Source: an uncultured Chloroflexia bacterium (GTDB taxonomy: Bacteria > Chloroflexota > Ktedonobacteria > Ktedonobacterales > JADMIN01). Taken from it: 64,000 nucleotides of DNA. Below, in pieces: positions 1 to 9,141 of the stretch (position 1 is the stretch's first letter; each line of letters starts with the position of its first letter). The position numbers and the translations under genes were made by a program. The DNA is taken from positions 7,879 to 71,878 of the forward strand of contig CAWIYP010000017.1 of NCBI GenBank assembly GCA_963840335.1, written 5' to 3'. Under the pieces are notes generated by a model. The model saw nothing but the letters and a program-made list of their open reading frames with translations, did no database searches and was not told the origin of the DNA.

Positions 1-1585
1 CTTCCACGTCACGCCGCCATCATCGCTCACCACCAGACGCCCTGGTGGAGGGGAGCCACTCGCCGCGAGCATGATCTGGCTGACGGCGCTATAGAGCCGT
101 GTCCCCTGCGTGATGATGGTAGGGGATGCGCTATACAACGGCAGACCGAAGCCCAGCAGACCAGGGGCGGGCAGCGACAGTTGCTGCCACGACGCGCCAC
201 CGTTGGCCGTCACGTACTGGAGCTGACAGACCCTCACGCTATTCTTTGGGCAGACGCTGTAGTTTGTGCCGTTGAGTTGAAGCGTCAGGATGAAGACCTG
301 TGGGTTTATCGGACTCTCCTGGCCGATAGCAAGGTTCACGCTATCAGGATAGGTCACGCCCGCGATCTGTGGCGGCGTCAGGTTTGTCCATGTCTGGCCC
401 CAATCGTCCGAGCGCTGTAGGACGAACTGTGGCGGCGAAGTCTTCGAGGTCTGCGCCGACAGAAGCGTTGTACTGCGTGCGCAGGATGGCTTGGCGCGAT
501 GCTCGCTACCTGGCTGAGTGAGGTCGCTTTCGTCCACGCCGCGCTGCCGATCAGTGGGGTGACAGTAGGCGTGACGGTTGGCGCCGAGTTGTTCGTGAGT
601 GGTTCAAGCTGCGCCCACTCGGCGACGAACGCCTGTGTCGTCTCGCCCGTCAGCCAGAGCCGCGTCTGCCCACCCGGCGCGGCCTGCGTGAAGGCGCTCG
701 CGTAGCTGGACAGTCCGTCGGGGTTTGCGACCTGGCTCCAGCCCGCCGCATCCGAAGGCTGGCGCTACATTCCAGGCGTCTACGGCGCCGTAGTTCTCGA
801 CCACGAGCGTCCCATCGGAGAGCGTGGTGAGCAGCGTCGGGCTTGGCGCATTTGTGTGCGGGGTGATGGCTGGCGCGCTCACGAAGCCGCCATTTTCGCC
901 ATTGCGGCTGCCCTGGATGTAGAGCTTGCCCGCCGCGTCGGCGGTTTCCAGATAGAGGATGGTCGAGTTGGTCGAGTTGTCCCATGCCGCGCGCATGTCC
1001 AGCAGCATCCGATTAGGCGGCGCGCCGATCTGTGTCCACGTCTGCCCGCTGTCCATGCTGCGCCAGAGCAGCAGCGGCGGCGCGGACGAGATGGGGCCAG
1101 TGGACGACTGGTTGAGCGGCTCCGTCGCGGCGAAAACCGCTTTGCCGCCCGGCGCCGCTGAGTAGGTGTAGACGCCCTGGCCCGCAGCCCGGAATGTCCC
1201 GTCAATCAGCTTCCAGGTGAAGCCGCCATCGTCGCTGGCGACCAGCCGCGCGGGTGGAGGCGCGGAGTTCGCGCCGAGCGCCAAGGCCGTTGTGATGACG
1301 CTGAAAAGTCGGTGTCCCTGCGCCTGAAGATTGCCCGCGACGGATGAGATAGTGTTGGTGCGAATGGCGGCGCCCGTCAGCAAGTTGGGCGCTGGGCAGG
1401 GATCAGCCTGCGCCAGGTCTGGCCGCCATTCGCGCTGACAAACTCGAACTCACAGTTCTCCGCGACACGCCCGTCGCGGCGCAGCCCCCGGTCGGTGTCC
1501 CCGCCCCGATGATGAGTAGACCACCTGCGGATTGATTGGACTGACAAAGCCTGATGACTGGCCCAATGATGTTCGGATAGGTCAC
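1..1585 (-). pseudogene. BNR/Asp-box repeat ectodomain. It continues the anti-sigma gene, is split over at least 5 frame segments, and runs off the window start.
   Basis: Minus-strand translation shows repeated S-x-D-x-G-x-T-W boxes: RSDDWGQTW (about 375-400), SMDSGQTW (in ORF 604..1383), SANGGQTWRRL (about 1410-1440) and TTDQGAHWT (about 1600). Each box is preceded by a TSKT(S/A)PP-like segment. The readable sense jumps between frames near 1590, 1480, 1385, 750 and 480. Frame 1..600 is open but unlisted because it has no stop inside the window. Confidence 0.6.
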
Positions 1586-2223
1586 GCCCGCGATGGCTGG
1601 CGGCTTGAGCTGATCGTCCAGTGCGCGCCTTGATCGGTTGTGCGGCGCATCGTGATGACAGGCGGCGCGGTCTTCGAGGTGGTGACGAGCGCGAACTGAT
1701 AGGCCACTCGCGGATTCGATGCCGCGATGACCACGCCGTTCCCGCCGTCGTAGGCGGTGACATCATGCCAGACGCCGTTGGGAACTGCCGTTGCGGTGGC
1801 CGCAGCCGTCGGTGTCGTGGTGGGCGAGGGACGCAGCGACGCCTGCCGCGCCAGCAGCGCCGCGAAGAGCGCGACGAGCAGCAGCGCGGCCACACCCGCG
1901 CCTACCCGCCCCCAGAGCGCGCGGTTGGAGAGCGACAGCCCGCCGGGCAGCGCCAGCCTCTGGCGCGGCGCGGCGATGCGGCGACGCATGGCAGGCCACG
2001 GGTCGGCGCTGGGGACGGGAATCATCTGTTGCTGGAGAGCGGCGCCGATGCGCTCGTAGTCGCGCATGCGCGACTGGCAGGCCTGGCAGCCCGGGACATG
2101 CCGCGCGAGCCACTGCGCCTGCGCGGGGAGTTGCAAGCCATCGCGCCAGGCGGAAAGCTCCTCCGGCGGGACATTCGCGGCGCAAACGAGGGTGGCGCCG
2201 CCGCGTCGCATCTCATCGCTCAT
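1582..2223 (-). CDS. Anti-sigma factor, zf-HC2 type: cytoplasmic N-terminus plus one TM helix. The ectodomain continues downstream in other frames.
   Basis: Internal start MSDEMRRGG at 2223. The ATG shares one base with the sigma-factor TGA (GACTGATGAGC). HC2 motif HVPGCQACQSRMRDYE; TM segment GAGVAALLLVALFAALLA; then a Thr/Pro/Ala linker. Confidence 0.75.
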   Translation of the reverse strand: MSDEMRRGGATLVCAANVPPEELSAWRDGLQLPAQAQWLARHVPGCQACQSRMRDYERIGAALQQQMIPVPSADPWPAMRRRIAAPRQRLALPGGLSLSNRALWGRVGAGVAALLLVALFAALLARQASLRPSPTTTPTAAATATAVPNGVWHDVTAYDGGNGVVIAASNPRVAYQFALVTTSKTAPPVITMRRTTDQGAHWTISSSRQPSRA

Positions 2224-2879
2224 CAGTCCGCCTCCCTCCGCAGATAGCGCCGCCGGAAGCCTTCGCGGCCCCGGAAGAGCGCCATCTTCACCGCATCGCG
2301 CGAGATGCCCAGCGTCTCGCCAATCTCCTCGCAACTGAAGCCGTAGACCTCGCGCAGGGTCAGTGCGGCGCGCTGGTTTGGCGGCAGTTCCAGCAGGGTG
2401 CGCTGCACCAGATCGCGCTCGGCCAGCCGCTGGGTGGGGTCGCTGTGCGCGGGCGTCTGCGCCTCGGTCAGCGCGTCGGCGGAGAGCGCGCCGCCCTGCT
2501 CGCGGCGGTGGGAGGTGCGCGCCAGATTCGTCGCCACGCGCAGCAGCCACGCGCGCGGGTTGTCATAGCCGCGCACCTGCTCGAAATGGCTCCACGCGCG
2601 CAGGAAAGTCTCCTGTGTCAGGTCGCGCGCGGTGTGCGCGTCGCCGCTGAGCCGCCAGAGGAAGGCATAGACAGCGCGCTCATGCTCGCGGAAGAACGCT
2701 TCGAATGCGGTGTCTGGCGCTCCACCCGGCGCGCTGTTCGCTCCCGGCGCGCGTGTCTCTGGCGACGTGTAGGGCTGCCCACGTCGCTGCTCGTCCGCCT
2801 GCCCGCGAGCGCGCGTTGCCAGCAGCGCGGGCCACACGCTACGCCACGCGCCCGAGTCCCAGCGCCTGCTGATCGCCAT
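2223..2879 (-). CDS. ECF (group 4, sigma-70 family) RNA polymerase sigma factor
   Basis: Region 2-like DLTQETFLRAWSHFEQVRGYDNPRAWLLRVATN and region 4 HTH ALTLREVYGFSCEEIGETLGISRDAVKMALFRGR. Translationally coupled to the anti-sigma gene. Confidence 0.85.
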   Translation of the reverse strand: MAISRRWDSGAWRSVWPALLATRARGQADEQRRGQPYTSPETRAPGANSAPGGAPDTAFEAFFREHERAVYAFLWRLSGDAHTARDLTQETFLRAWSHFEQVRGYDNPRAWLLRVATNLARTSHRREQGGALSADALTEAQTPAHSDPTQRLAERDLVQRTLLELPPNQRAALTLREVYGFSCEEIGETLGISRDAVKMALFRGREGFRRRYLRREAD

Positions 2880-3110
2880 CCGCGCACTCCATCCTCTTCG
2901 CAGTGGGGCGCGTGGCAGCCAGCGCCGCGCGCATCTACTCCATTACACTCAGATGATGGGTGGTTAGTAACGCTGGCTTGTCGATTTCGGTCGGGGAGAG
3001 CGCGCCACGCTCAAGAAAAAACTGGCGGGCCGCAGCCGTTACATATGAGAAATCGCTGAACTATACTGAAAGAGCCTACACTGATCGCTCTCTGTCCAGG
3101 AGTAGCCAGG

Positions 3111-4259
3111 ATGGAAGACCAACAAATGCGACGCCCGCGGCAGAGCTGGCGCTCACCGTTGAAGGCGCGAACGTGGCTTGCGCGGCCGTGGCTTGCGCGG
3201 CTCATCACGACGCTGGGCGTTATCCTCGTGACTGCCGGACTATATACGCCATTCATCGTCACCGACGTGTTCATCACAGGCCACCTTCCCACCCGAGACT
3301 CAGAGACCTGGGCGGTGGGAGGTGTGATGGGCCTGGTCGCGGCGCGCCTTCTCTCATGGCCCCCGCCACTTTCCCTGTGGCTCGGATTCGACGCGGCGCT
3401 CTCCGCTCTCATGCTGGGCGGGCTGGCGCTGCTGCCATTGCTCTGGCGGCCGCTCACCCGAAAGAGACTCGCGCTCGTCCGCTGGACCTATGCCGCATGG
3501 CTGGCGCTGCTCATGATCCTCGCGATTGCGGGTCTCGTCGCTCTGCGTCAGTCCGTACCGCTCGCCTTTTCGGGGCATTCGCAGTTCAACACCTATGGCT
3601 TCTTCCACGTCCTGCCTGGGGCGGTTGTCTTTCCGCTGGGCGCGTTCATCATTGTCGCCGCGCTCGTCCTCCTGTTCAGGGAGTCGGCGCCTGCGACTCT
3701 CCCAACGCCTGCGCCGCGCAGTGGCAGGCTGTGGGCGGCCACGCTCACGCTCACGGCGGGTGCGCTGGTCTGGGGCGTCGGCTTCTACCTCATGCCTCAG
3801 GCCATCACCACCACCTGCCCGCCAGTGACCTTCTCGTTCACGCAATTCGCGCACGGCTCCTGCGCCGGGATTGATTCCGATCAGGTGTTGCAATGGGCCT
3901 GGTACGCTGGACTCAATCCTGTCGCCTCTCTGCTCTATACCCTCGGCAGGAACTTTGAGCTATTGGTCGCGCTCGGCGTCATCACGGCGCTTGGCGGATG
4001 GACGCGGCTCCTCTCGGTCACGACGCTGGCCTGGCTGGCGGCGTGGCCCGCGCTGGCGTTCGGCGTCGCGCTCGTCGCCCTCCAGGGCGTGGGAGTCGTC
4101 GCGCGATACGGGTTTCAGCTTGCCGCTGAACCAGGCGGTAGCTGGCACGCGGCGCCTGGCATGGTCGTAACCTTCGCCGGAATCATCCTTGTCGCGCTAG
4201 GGCAGATTGGCCTGTGGCGCGAAATGGTGAAGCGAAAGCGCGCCGTGAGCGCAAAGTAG
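3111..4259 (+). CDS. Polytopic integral membrane protein, unknown function
   Basis: 382-aa ORF with many long hydrophobic stretches (LITTLGVILVTAGLY, AWLALLMILAIAGLVAL, LVALGVITALGGW and others). Divergent from the ECF sigma operon. No family recognised. Confidence 0.6.
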   Translation: MEDQQMRRPRQSWRSPLKARTWLARPWLARLITTLGVILVTAGLYTPFIVTDVFITGHLPTRDSETWAVGGVMGLVAARLLSWPPPLSLWLGFDAALSALMLGGLALLPLLWRPLTRKRLALVRWTYAAWLALLMILAIAGLVALRQSVPLAFSGHSQFNTYGFFHVLPGAVVFPLGAFIIVAALVLLFRESAPATLPTPAPRSGRLWAATLTLTAGALVWGVGFYLMPQAITTTCPPVTFSFTQFAHGSCAGIDSDQVLQWAWYAGLNPVASLLYTLGRNFELLVALGVITALGGWTRLLSVTTLAWLAAWPALAFGVALVALQGVGVVARYGFQLAAEPGGSWHAAPGMVVTFAGIILVALGQIGLWREMVKRKRAVSAK

Positions 4260-4272
4260 CAACAGCCAGACG

Positions 4273-6248
4273 TCACTTCACCGGCTCGCCCGCGTCGGCT
4301 GGGGGCGCGTGCAGGGTGCGCTCGCGCTCGTAGATGACCATGCCGGGGCCGCCGCCCTTCATATGGCGGACGTAGCGCGCCTCGGTGTAGTCCACCGCCA
4401 CGCTGCCCGCCTCGCGCAACTGGCTGTACCAGCCCGCCAGCGCCGCCGCCTCGCGCAGCGCCTCATCGGGCGCGGGCCGTCCCGCCACCTTCAGGATGAC
4501 GTGCGCGCCGGGAGCGCCGCGCGCGTGCAGCCAGAGGTCGTTTGGCGCCGCCTGATGGAAGGTCACTTCCTCGTTCTGGCGGCTGTTCTTGCCCACCAGC
4601 GCCAGCATCGTCGCCGCTCAGCCGCCGCCGCAGGGGCGCGCCACCCTCCGGCTTGCCGGGCTTGCTCTGGCCACCCTTCGCGCCTTTCGCGCCTGCCTTG
4701 CCGCCCGCTTTGCCCTTCTTGCCACCCTTGCGCTGCTCTTTCGCCAGCCGCCGCGCCTCGGCCCCGCCCTTGATGTAGCCCGCCTCAGCCACCTCCGCGC
4801 GCACATGCGAGACCTCGGCGGGCGTCTCGGCCAGCGCCAGATCGGTCAGCAGTTGCTCGACACGCGCCAGCTCCACGTCGTTCGTCTCGACCTGCTCTGG
4901 CAGCAGCTCCGCCGCGCGCTGGAGCTTGTGGTAGCGGGTATAGCGGCGGTTCGCGTTCTCCACAGCGGAGTACTGCGGATCGAGCGCGATGGTCAGCGTC
5001 GCGCCCTCCTCGCTGGCCCAGGCGTCGGGCAGCGTCGCCGACTTCGCGCCCGACGGGCACCTCCGCCTGGAAGGCCAGCAGCGTATCAGCCTCGCGCCGT
5101 AGCTGGGCCGCCTCGGCCTGCGCCGCCTGATCCTCCGCCAGCGCCTCCGCCTTGCGCTGGCAGCGGTCGCGCTGATGCTGGAGGATGCGCCGCAGATCGC
5201 CCTTCGCCTGCTCCAGCTCCACACGCCATTCCGCCCCGCTGAAGAGCAGATCGAGCGCGTCGTTGACGCTGGCGATGGGGCGCAGGGCATCCTCCGGCGG
5301 ATACTGGCGCGGCTCGTAGGCCGCCAGCGCGATGGGCCGCTCGGGCAGATCCGCGGTGGCGGGCGCGTAGACCAGCGTGGGGCGCCAGTCGCGCGTCGTG
5401 GCCAGCGTCGCCAGCGCTCGTGTCTCGCGCGCCAGCGCCTCCCAGACCTCCCACGGCGCGGCGGCGTCCACGGGCGCCTCGGCGTCACCCAGCGCGCGGG
5501 CGGCGACCTCGCGCCCCAGCTCCCGCCCGAAGCCAAAGACGCTCATGGCGAGCGTCACGGCGATGGTGGGCGGGGTCGCGCCGCCCCGCTTGCCGCGCTT
5601 GCCCTTCGCCGTGGGCTGGGCCGGCTCCGCCTGCGCCGCTGTGAAGGTCGCGAGCGCATCGAGCGCGGCCTCGCGCAGGTCGCTGGCCGTCACGTCGGCG
5701 CCGGGAAGCTGTGGCAGGGTCGCGCCTGCCAGCGTGCGGGTCTGCGGGGGTGGAGAATGGTACGGCGCATGCGGCAGAATGACGCGATACTGATTCGTCT
5801 CAGCGGTGGCCAGGCGGAGCGCGCCCAGAATCACCCGCTCGGCGTCGGTGAGGATGATATTGCTGAAGCGGCCCATCACCTCGGCGATCAGCCAGGTCGT
5901 CGCCGCGCCACTGGCCGCGTCTGGCCCCCGCGCGAAGCCTAGCTCGACGATGCGCTCCCAGGCGGGCTGGCGGGTCGCGACCAGACGCGCGCCCTCCAGA
6001 TGCTTGCGCAGCAGCATCACGAAAGGCGGTGGCTCGGTGGCGAGCTTGCGCGGTTTCGCGCTGGTCAGCCGCAGATGCGCGAGCTGCGGATGCGCCGAAA
6101 CGACGAGCCAGCGATTGCGCCCGCCGCCCCATAGCTGTAATGCGATAGAATGTGGTGTCGGCTGGATGACATCATCCACCCGGGCGCCGCGTAGCTCGCG
6201 CTCGAATTCATCGCTGAGCGCAGCCAGAGTAAGCGCGTCTATCTGCAT
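4273..6248 (-). CDS. rqcH: NFACT/FbpA-family ribosome quality control protein (RqcH-like), with 2 apparent 1-nt frameshifts
   Basis: N-terminal NFACT-N (MQIDALTLAAL..., MGRFSNIILTD), a coiled-coil middle part, and C-terminal NFACT-R/DUF814 (LALVGKNSRQNEEVTF...WLHARGAPGAHVIL). The sense frame switches near 5055 and 4612. Span length is 3n+2. Confidence 0.75.
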
Positions 6249-6415
6249 GATGGGCGAATCCTTGGCGATGCTGATGCGGCGACTGCGGGCTGTTCCCGCG
6301 TGGGGCAGTATAACACCCGCTGGCGCATCCCTTGTTGTTTGGGCGCGACCTCACCCCCGGCCCCCGCCCCGCGAGGAGAGGGGGTGAAGTCGCTGGGGAG
6401 AGATATAGAACGACT

Positions 6416-7043
6416 ATGACGACACCTGCCAGCGAGCCATTTGTCGTGGCGCAGTCGCCGCTGCTGATCGTGCTTTCGGGGCCGTCGGGCGTGGGCAAGA
6501 CGACGCTGACGAACCGCCTGGTCGCGCGCGGCTGGGGCGGCCATGTGATGGTGACGGTCACGACGCGACGTCCCGCGCCCGAACGAGATCGATGGAACGC
6601 ATTACCACTTCCGCACGGCGGAGCAGTTTCACGAGATGCTCCAGCGCAACGAACTGCTGGAGCATGCCGAGGTGCATGGCGCCTGGTACGGTGTGCCAGC
6701 GGAGATGGTGCGCGAGCGGCTCCACATCGGGCAGGATGTCATCCTGACCATCGATCCACAGGGCGCGCAGACCATCCGGGCCAAGACGCATGACGCCATC
6801 TTCATCTTCCTCGCGCCGGAGTCGCTGGATGTGCTGACACGCCGGGTGGACAATCGCGGCCACGACAGCCCTGAGCAGCGGGCCTTGCGCATGCTGAACG
6901 CCGAGCGCGAGATGGCCGAGCTATCCAAATACGACTACGTCATTGTCAATCGCGAAGGACGCCTCGATGAGGCGGCCAGTCAGCTCGAGGCGATTCTGTG
7001 GGCGGAGCATAGCCGCGTCAGCCCACGTCGCCCCAGGCTCTAG
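6416..7043 (+). CDS. gmk: Guanylate kinase, with 1 apparent 1-nt insertion
   Basis: P-loop LIVLSGPSGVGKTTL, then TTRRP|RPNEIDGTHYHF...LEHAEVHGAWYGVP. The frame switches at about 6572 in CGTCCCGCGCCC. Span length is 3n+1. Confidence 0.85.
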
Positions 7044-7222
7044 CCCGCCGCCGCGCGCGGTGGAAGCGCGGCATGCGCGCCCGGCCCGTTCTGGCGCCGG
7101 TGATACCCCACAATGGCGTGAGGCTCGCCGCCCGCACGGCTCAGCGCCGTACGCCAACATCCAGGAGGACCGCAGTGACACAGCAGCATCTCGACAGTAA
7201 TGGCAGGTTCGGGCGCGCTGAA

Positions 7223-8179
7223 ATGAAGGAGCGCAATCTGGGCCTGGAGCTGGTGCGCGTAACCGAGGCCGCCGCCTACGCCGCCTCGCGCTTCATGGGG
7301 CGCGGCGACAAGATCGCCGTGGACCAGGCGGCGGTGGACGCCATGCGTAGCGCCGTGGATGGCGTGGACATGCACGGCGTCGTTGTCATCGGCGAGGGCG
7401 AGAAGGACGAGGCGCCGATGCTCTACGTCGGCGAGGAGATCGGCAACGGCCTGCCGCCAGAGGTGGATGTGGCGGTCGATCCGGTGGATGGCACGCGCCT
7501 GACCGCGCAGGGCCTGCCCGGCGCCATCGCCGTCGTGGCCACCGCCGACCGCGGCTCGATGTTCCAGGCGCCTCCCGGCGTGTACTACATGGAGAAGCTG
7601 GCCGTCTCACGCGCCGCCGCGGAGGTGATCGACCTCGACGCGCCCATCGCCGAGAATCTGGCGCGCATTGCCGCCGCACGCGAGACCCGCATCAATGACC
7701 TGACCGTGACCGTGCTCGACCGCGACCGCCACCAGGACATCATCAGTGAGGTGCGCGCGGCTGGGGCGCGTATCAAGCTCATCACTGATGGCGATGTGGC
7801 GGCGGCGATTCACGCCGCGATGGAGGACTACATCGAGACCGACGTCTACATCGGCATCGGCGGCGCGCCAGAGGCCGTGCTGGCGGCGGCGGCGCTGAAG
7901 TGCGTCGGTGGGCAGATGCTCTGCCGCATCTGGCCGCGCACCAACATCGAGCGCGAGAAGCTGCTCAGCGATGGCGTGGATCTCCAGCGCATCTACACGG
8001 TGGATGATCTGGTGCATGGAGAGAATGTCTCCTTCGCCGCGACGGGCATCACCAGCGGCGACCTGCTGCGCGGCGTGCGCTTCGGCCCGACAGGCGCCCG
8101 CACGCACTCGGTGATGATGCGCGCCAAGAGTGGCACGATCCGCTACATCGAGGCCATTCACAACTGGAAGAAGCCGTAG
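7223..8179 (+). CDS. glpX: Class II fructose-1,6-bisphosphatase
   Basis: MKERNLGLELVRVTEAAAYAASRFMGRGDK...VVIGEGEKDEAPMLYVGE...DPVDGT is typical GlpX. An internal ATG of ORF 7073..8179 was chosen as the start. Confidence 0.9.
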   Translation: MKERNLGLELVRVTEAAAYAASRFMGRGDKIAVDQAAVDAMRSAVDGVDMHGVVVIGEGEKDEAPMLYVGEEIGNGLPPEVDVAVDPVDGTRLTAQGLPGAIAVVATADRGSMFQAPPGVYYMEKLAVSRAAAEVIDLDAPIAENLARIAAARETRINDLTVTVLDRDRHQDIISEVRAAGARIKLITDGDVAAAIHAAMEDYIETDVYIGIGGAPEAVLAAAALKCVGGQMLCRIWPRTNIEREKLLSDGVDLQRIYTVDDLVHGENVSFAATGITSGDLLRGVRFGPTGARTHSVMMRAKSGTIRYIEAIHNWKKP

Positions 8180-8181
8180 CG

Positions 8182-8236
8182 CCCCCACCCCCACCCCCTC
8201 CCCCGCCGCGCGGGGGAGGGGCGTGAAGGGTGGGGG
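8182..8236. terminator. Nested GC-rich hairpin between convergent genes; candidate bidirectional terminator
   Basis: CCCCCACCC (8182-8190) pairs with GGGTGGGGG (8228-8236). Inner stem CCCTCCCCCG (8196-8205) pairs with CGGGGGAGGG (8211-8220). No U-tract. Confidence 0.4.
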
Positions 8237-8277
8237 CCTGGCGCCACGCCTTTACCCAATCAACACGTAAAGAAGCA

Positions 8278-9118
8278 TTATGGCCGCGCGTGAACGACTA
8301 CGTGGCGGGCGCTCAAGGCCGCGCGTGGGCCGTGGCGCAGCAGCCAGAGCGTCACCCCGTGCGAGAGCAGCGCCGCCACAATCGCGGCGGTGAATGTCGC
8401 CGCGATGCCCGCATGCTCCAGTAGCGTCGAGACCACGATGAAGAAGATGACAAAGGCGAACATGCCAAAGAGCAGGCCGCGCAACACGCCGCCCGCCGCC
8501 TCGCCCCCCTGCTGCTGGTGCGCGAAGACCGCGAGAATCGTCGCGTAGACCGGGAACGGCGCTACCAGGCCCGTCAGGTGCGGCCCCAGCAGCCCCGCGC
8601 TCCCCGTCAGCAGCGCCACGAAGATACCAGCGATCAGCATGCGCGACGGGAAGATCCCAGTGCGAGGGGACGGTAGCGGTGGTTGGCGTGGCGGCGCGTC
8701 CGGGCCGTGGCATCAGCGCAATGGTGATGACCATGCTCAGCAGCACGCCAACGATCAGCAGCGGCAGGCGAGGCGTCACATACTGGAGCAGCAGCGTCGC
8801 CCCGCCGAAGGCCAGCACGCTGGCGGCGAGCGCCAACGGCCAGCCGCCAGCGCCGCGCCGTCCACGCATAGGCCAGCTGAACACATCGAGCGAGAGTGTG
8901 CCCGCGAGGGTTCCGCGCGCGGCGGTGGCCGCGAAGGCTGGGCCATACGAGAGCGCCAGGAGGAAGGAAATCGGGCCGGAGGTGAGGGGTAGCCCTATCA
9001 GCCACCCGCTAATCGTCGGCCCCCAGCGCCGCCCGACGAGACTGGCGGCGGCGATCAGCGTGGGAGCCAGGACGACCCTGAGGAGTAATGAATCCATAGA
9101 TAATGCTGTACCTGACAT
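8278..9118 (-). CDS. Integral membrane protein, unknown function, with 1 apparent frameshift
   Basis: The N-terminal part lies in the frame of ORF 8252..9118 (LLLRVVLAPTLIAAASLVGRRWGPTISGWLIGLPL...). The C-terminal part lies in the frame of ORF 8278..8640 (LIAGIFVALLTGSAGLLGPHLTGLVAPFPVY...). The switch is near 8650. Span length is 3n+1. Confidence 0.5.
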
Positions 9119-9141
9119 GCGGAAGCTGAGTGAGCGCGAGA

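Noticed and set aside
2960-3874. 304-aa ORF overlapping the 5' half of the membrane-protein gene in another frame.
   Set aside because: Its translation is Arg/Ala/His-rich and non-hydrophobic, whereas the overlapping frame 3111..4259 gives coherent transmembrane segments throughout.
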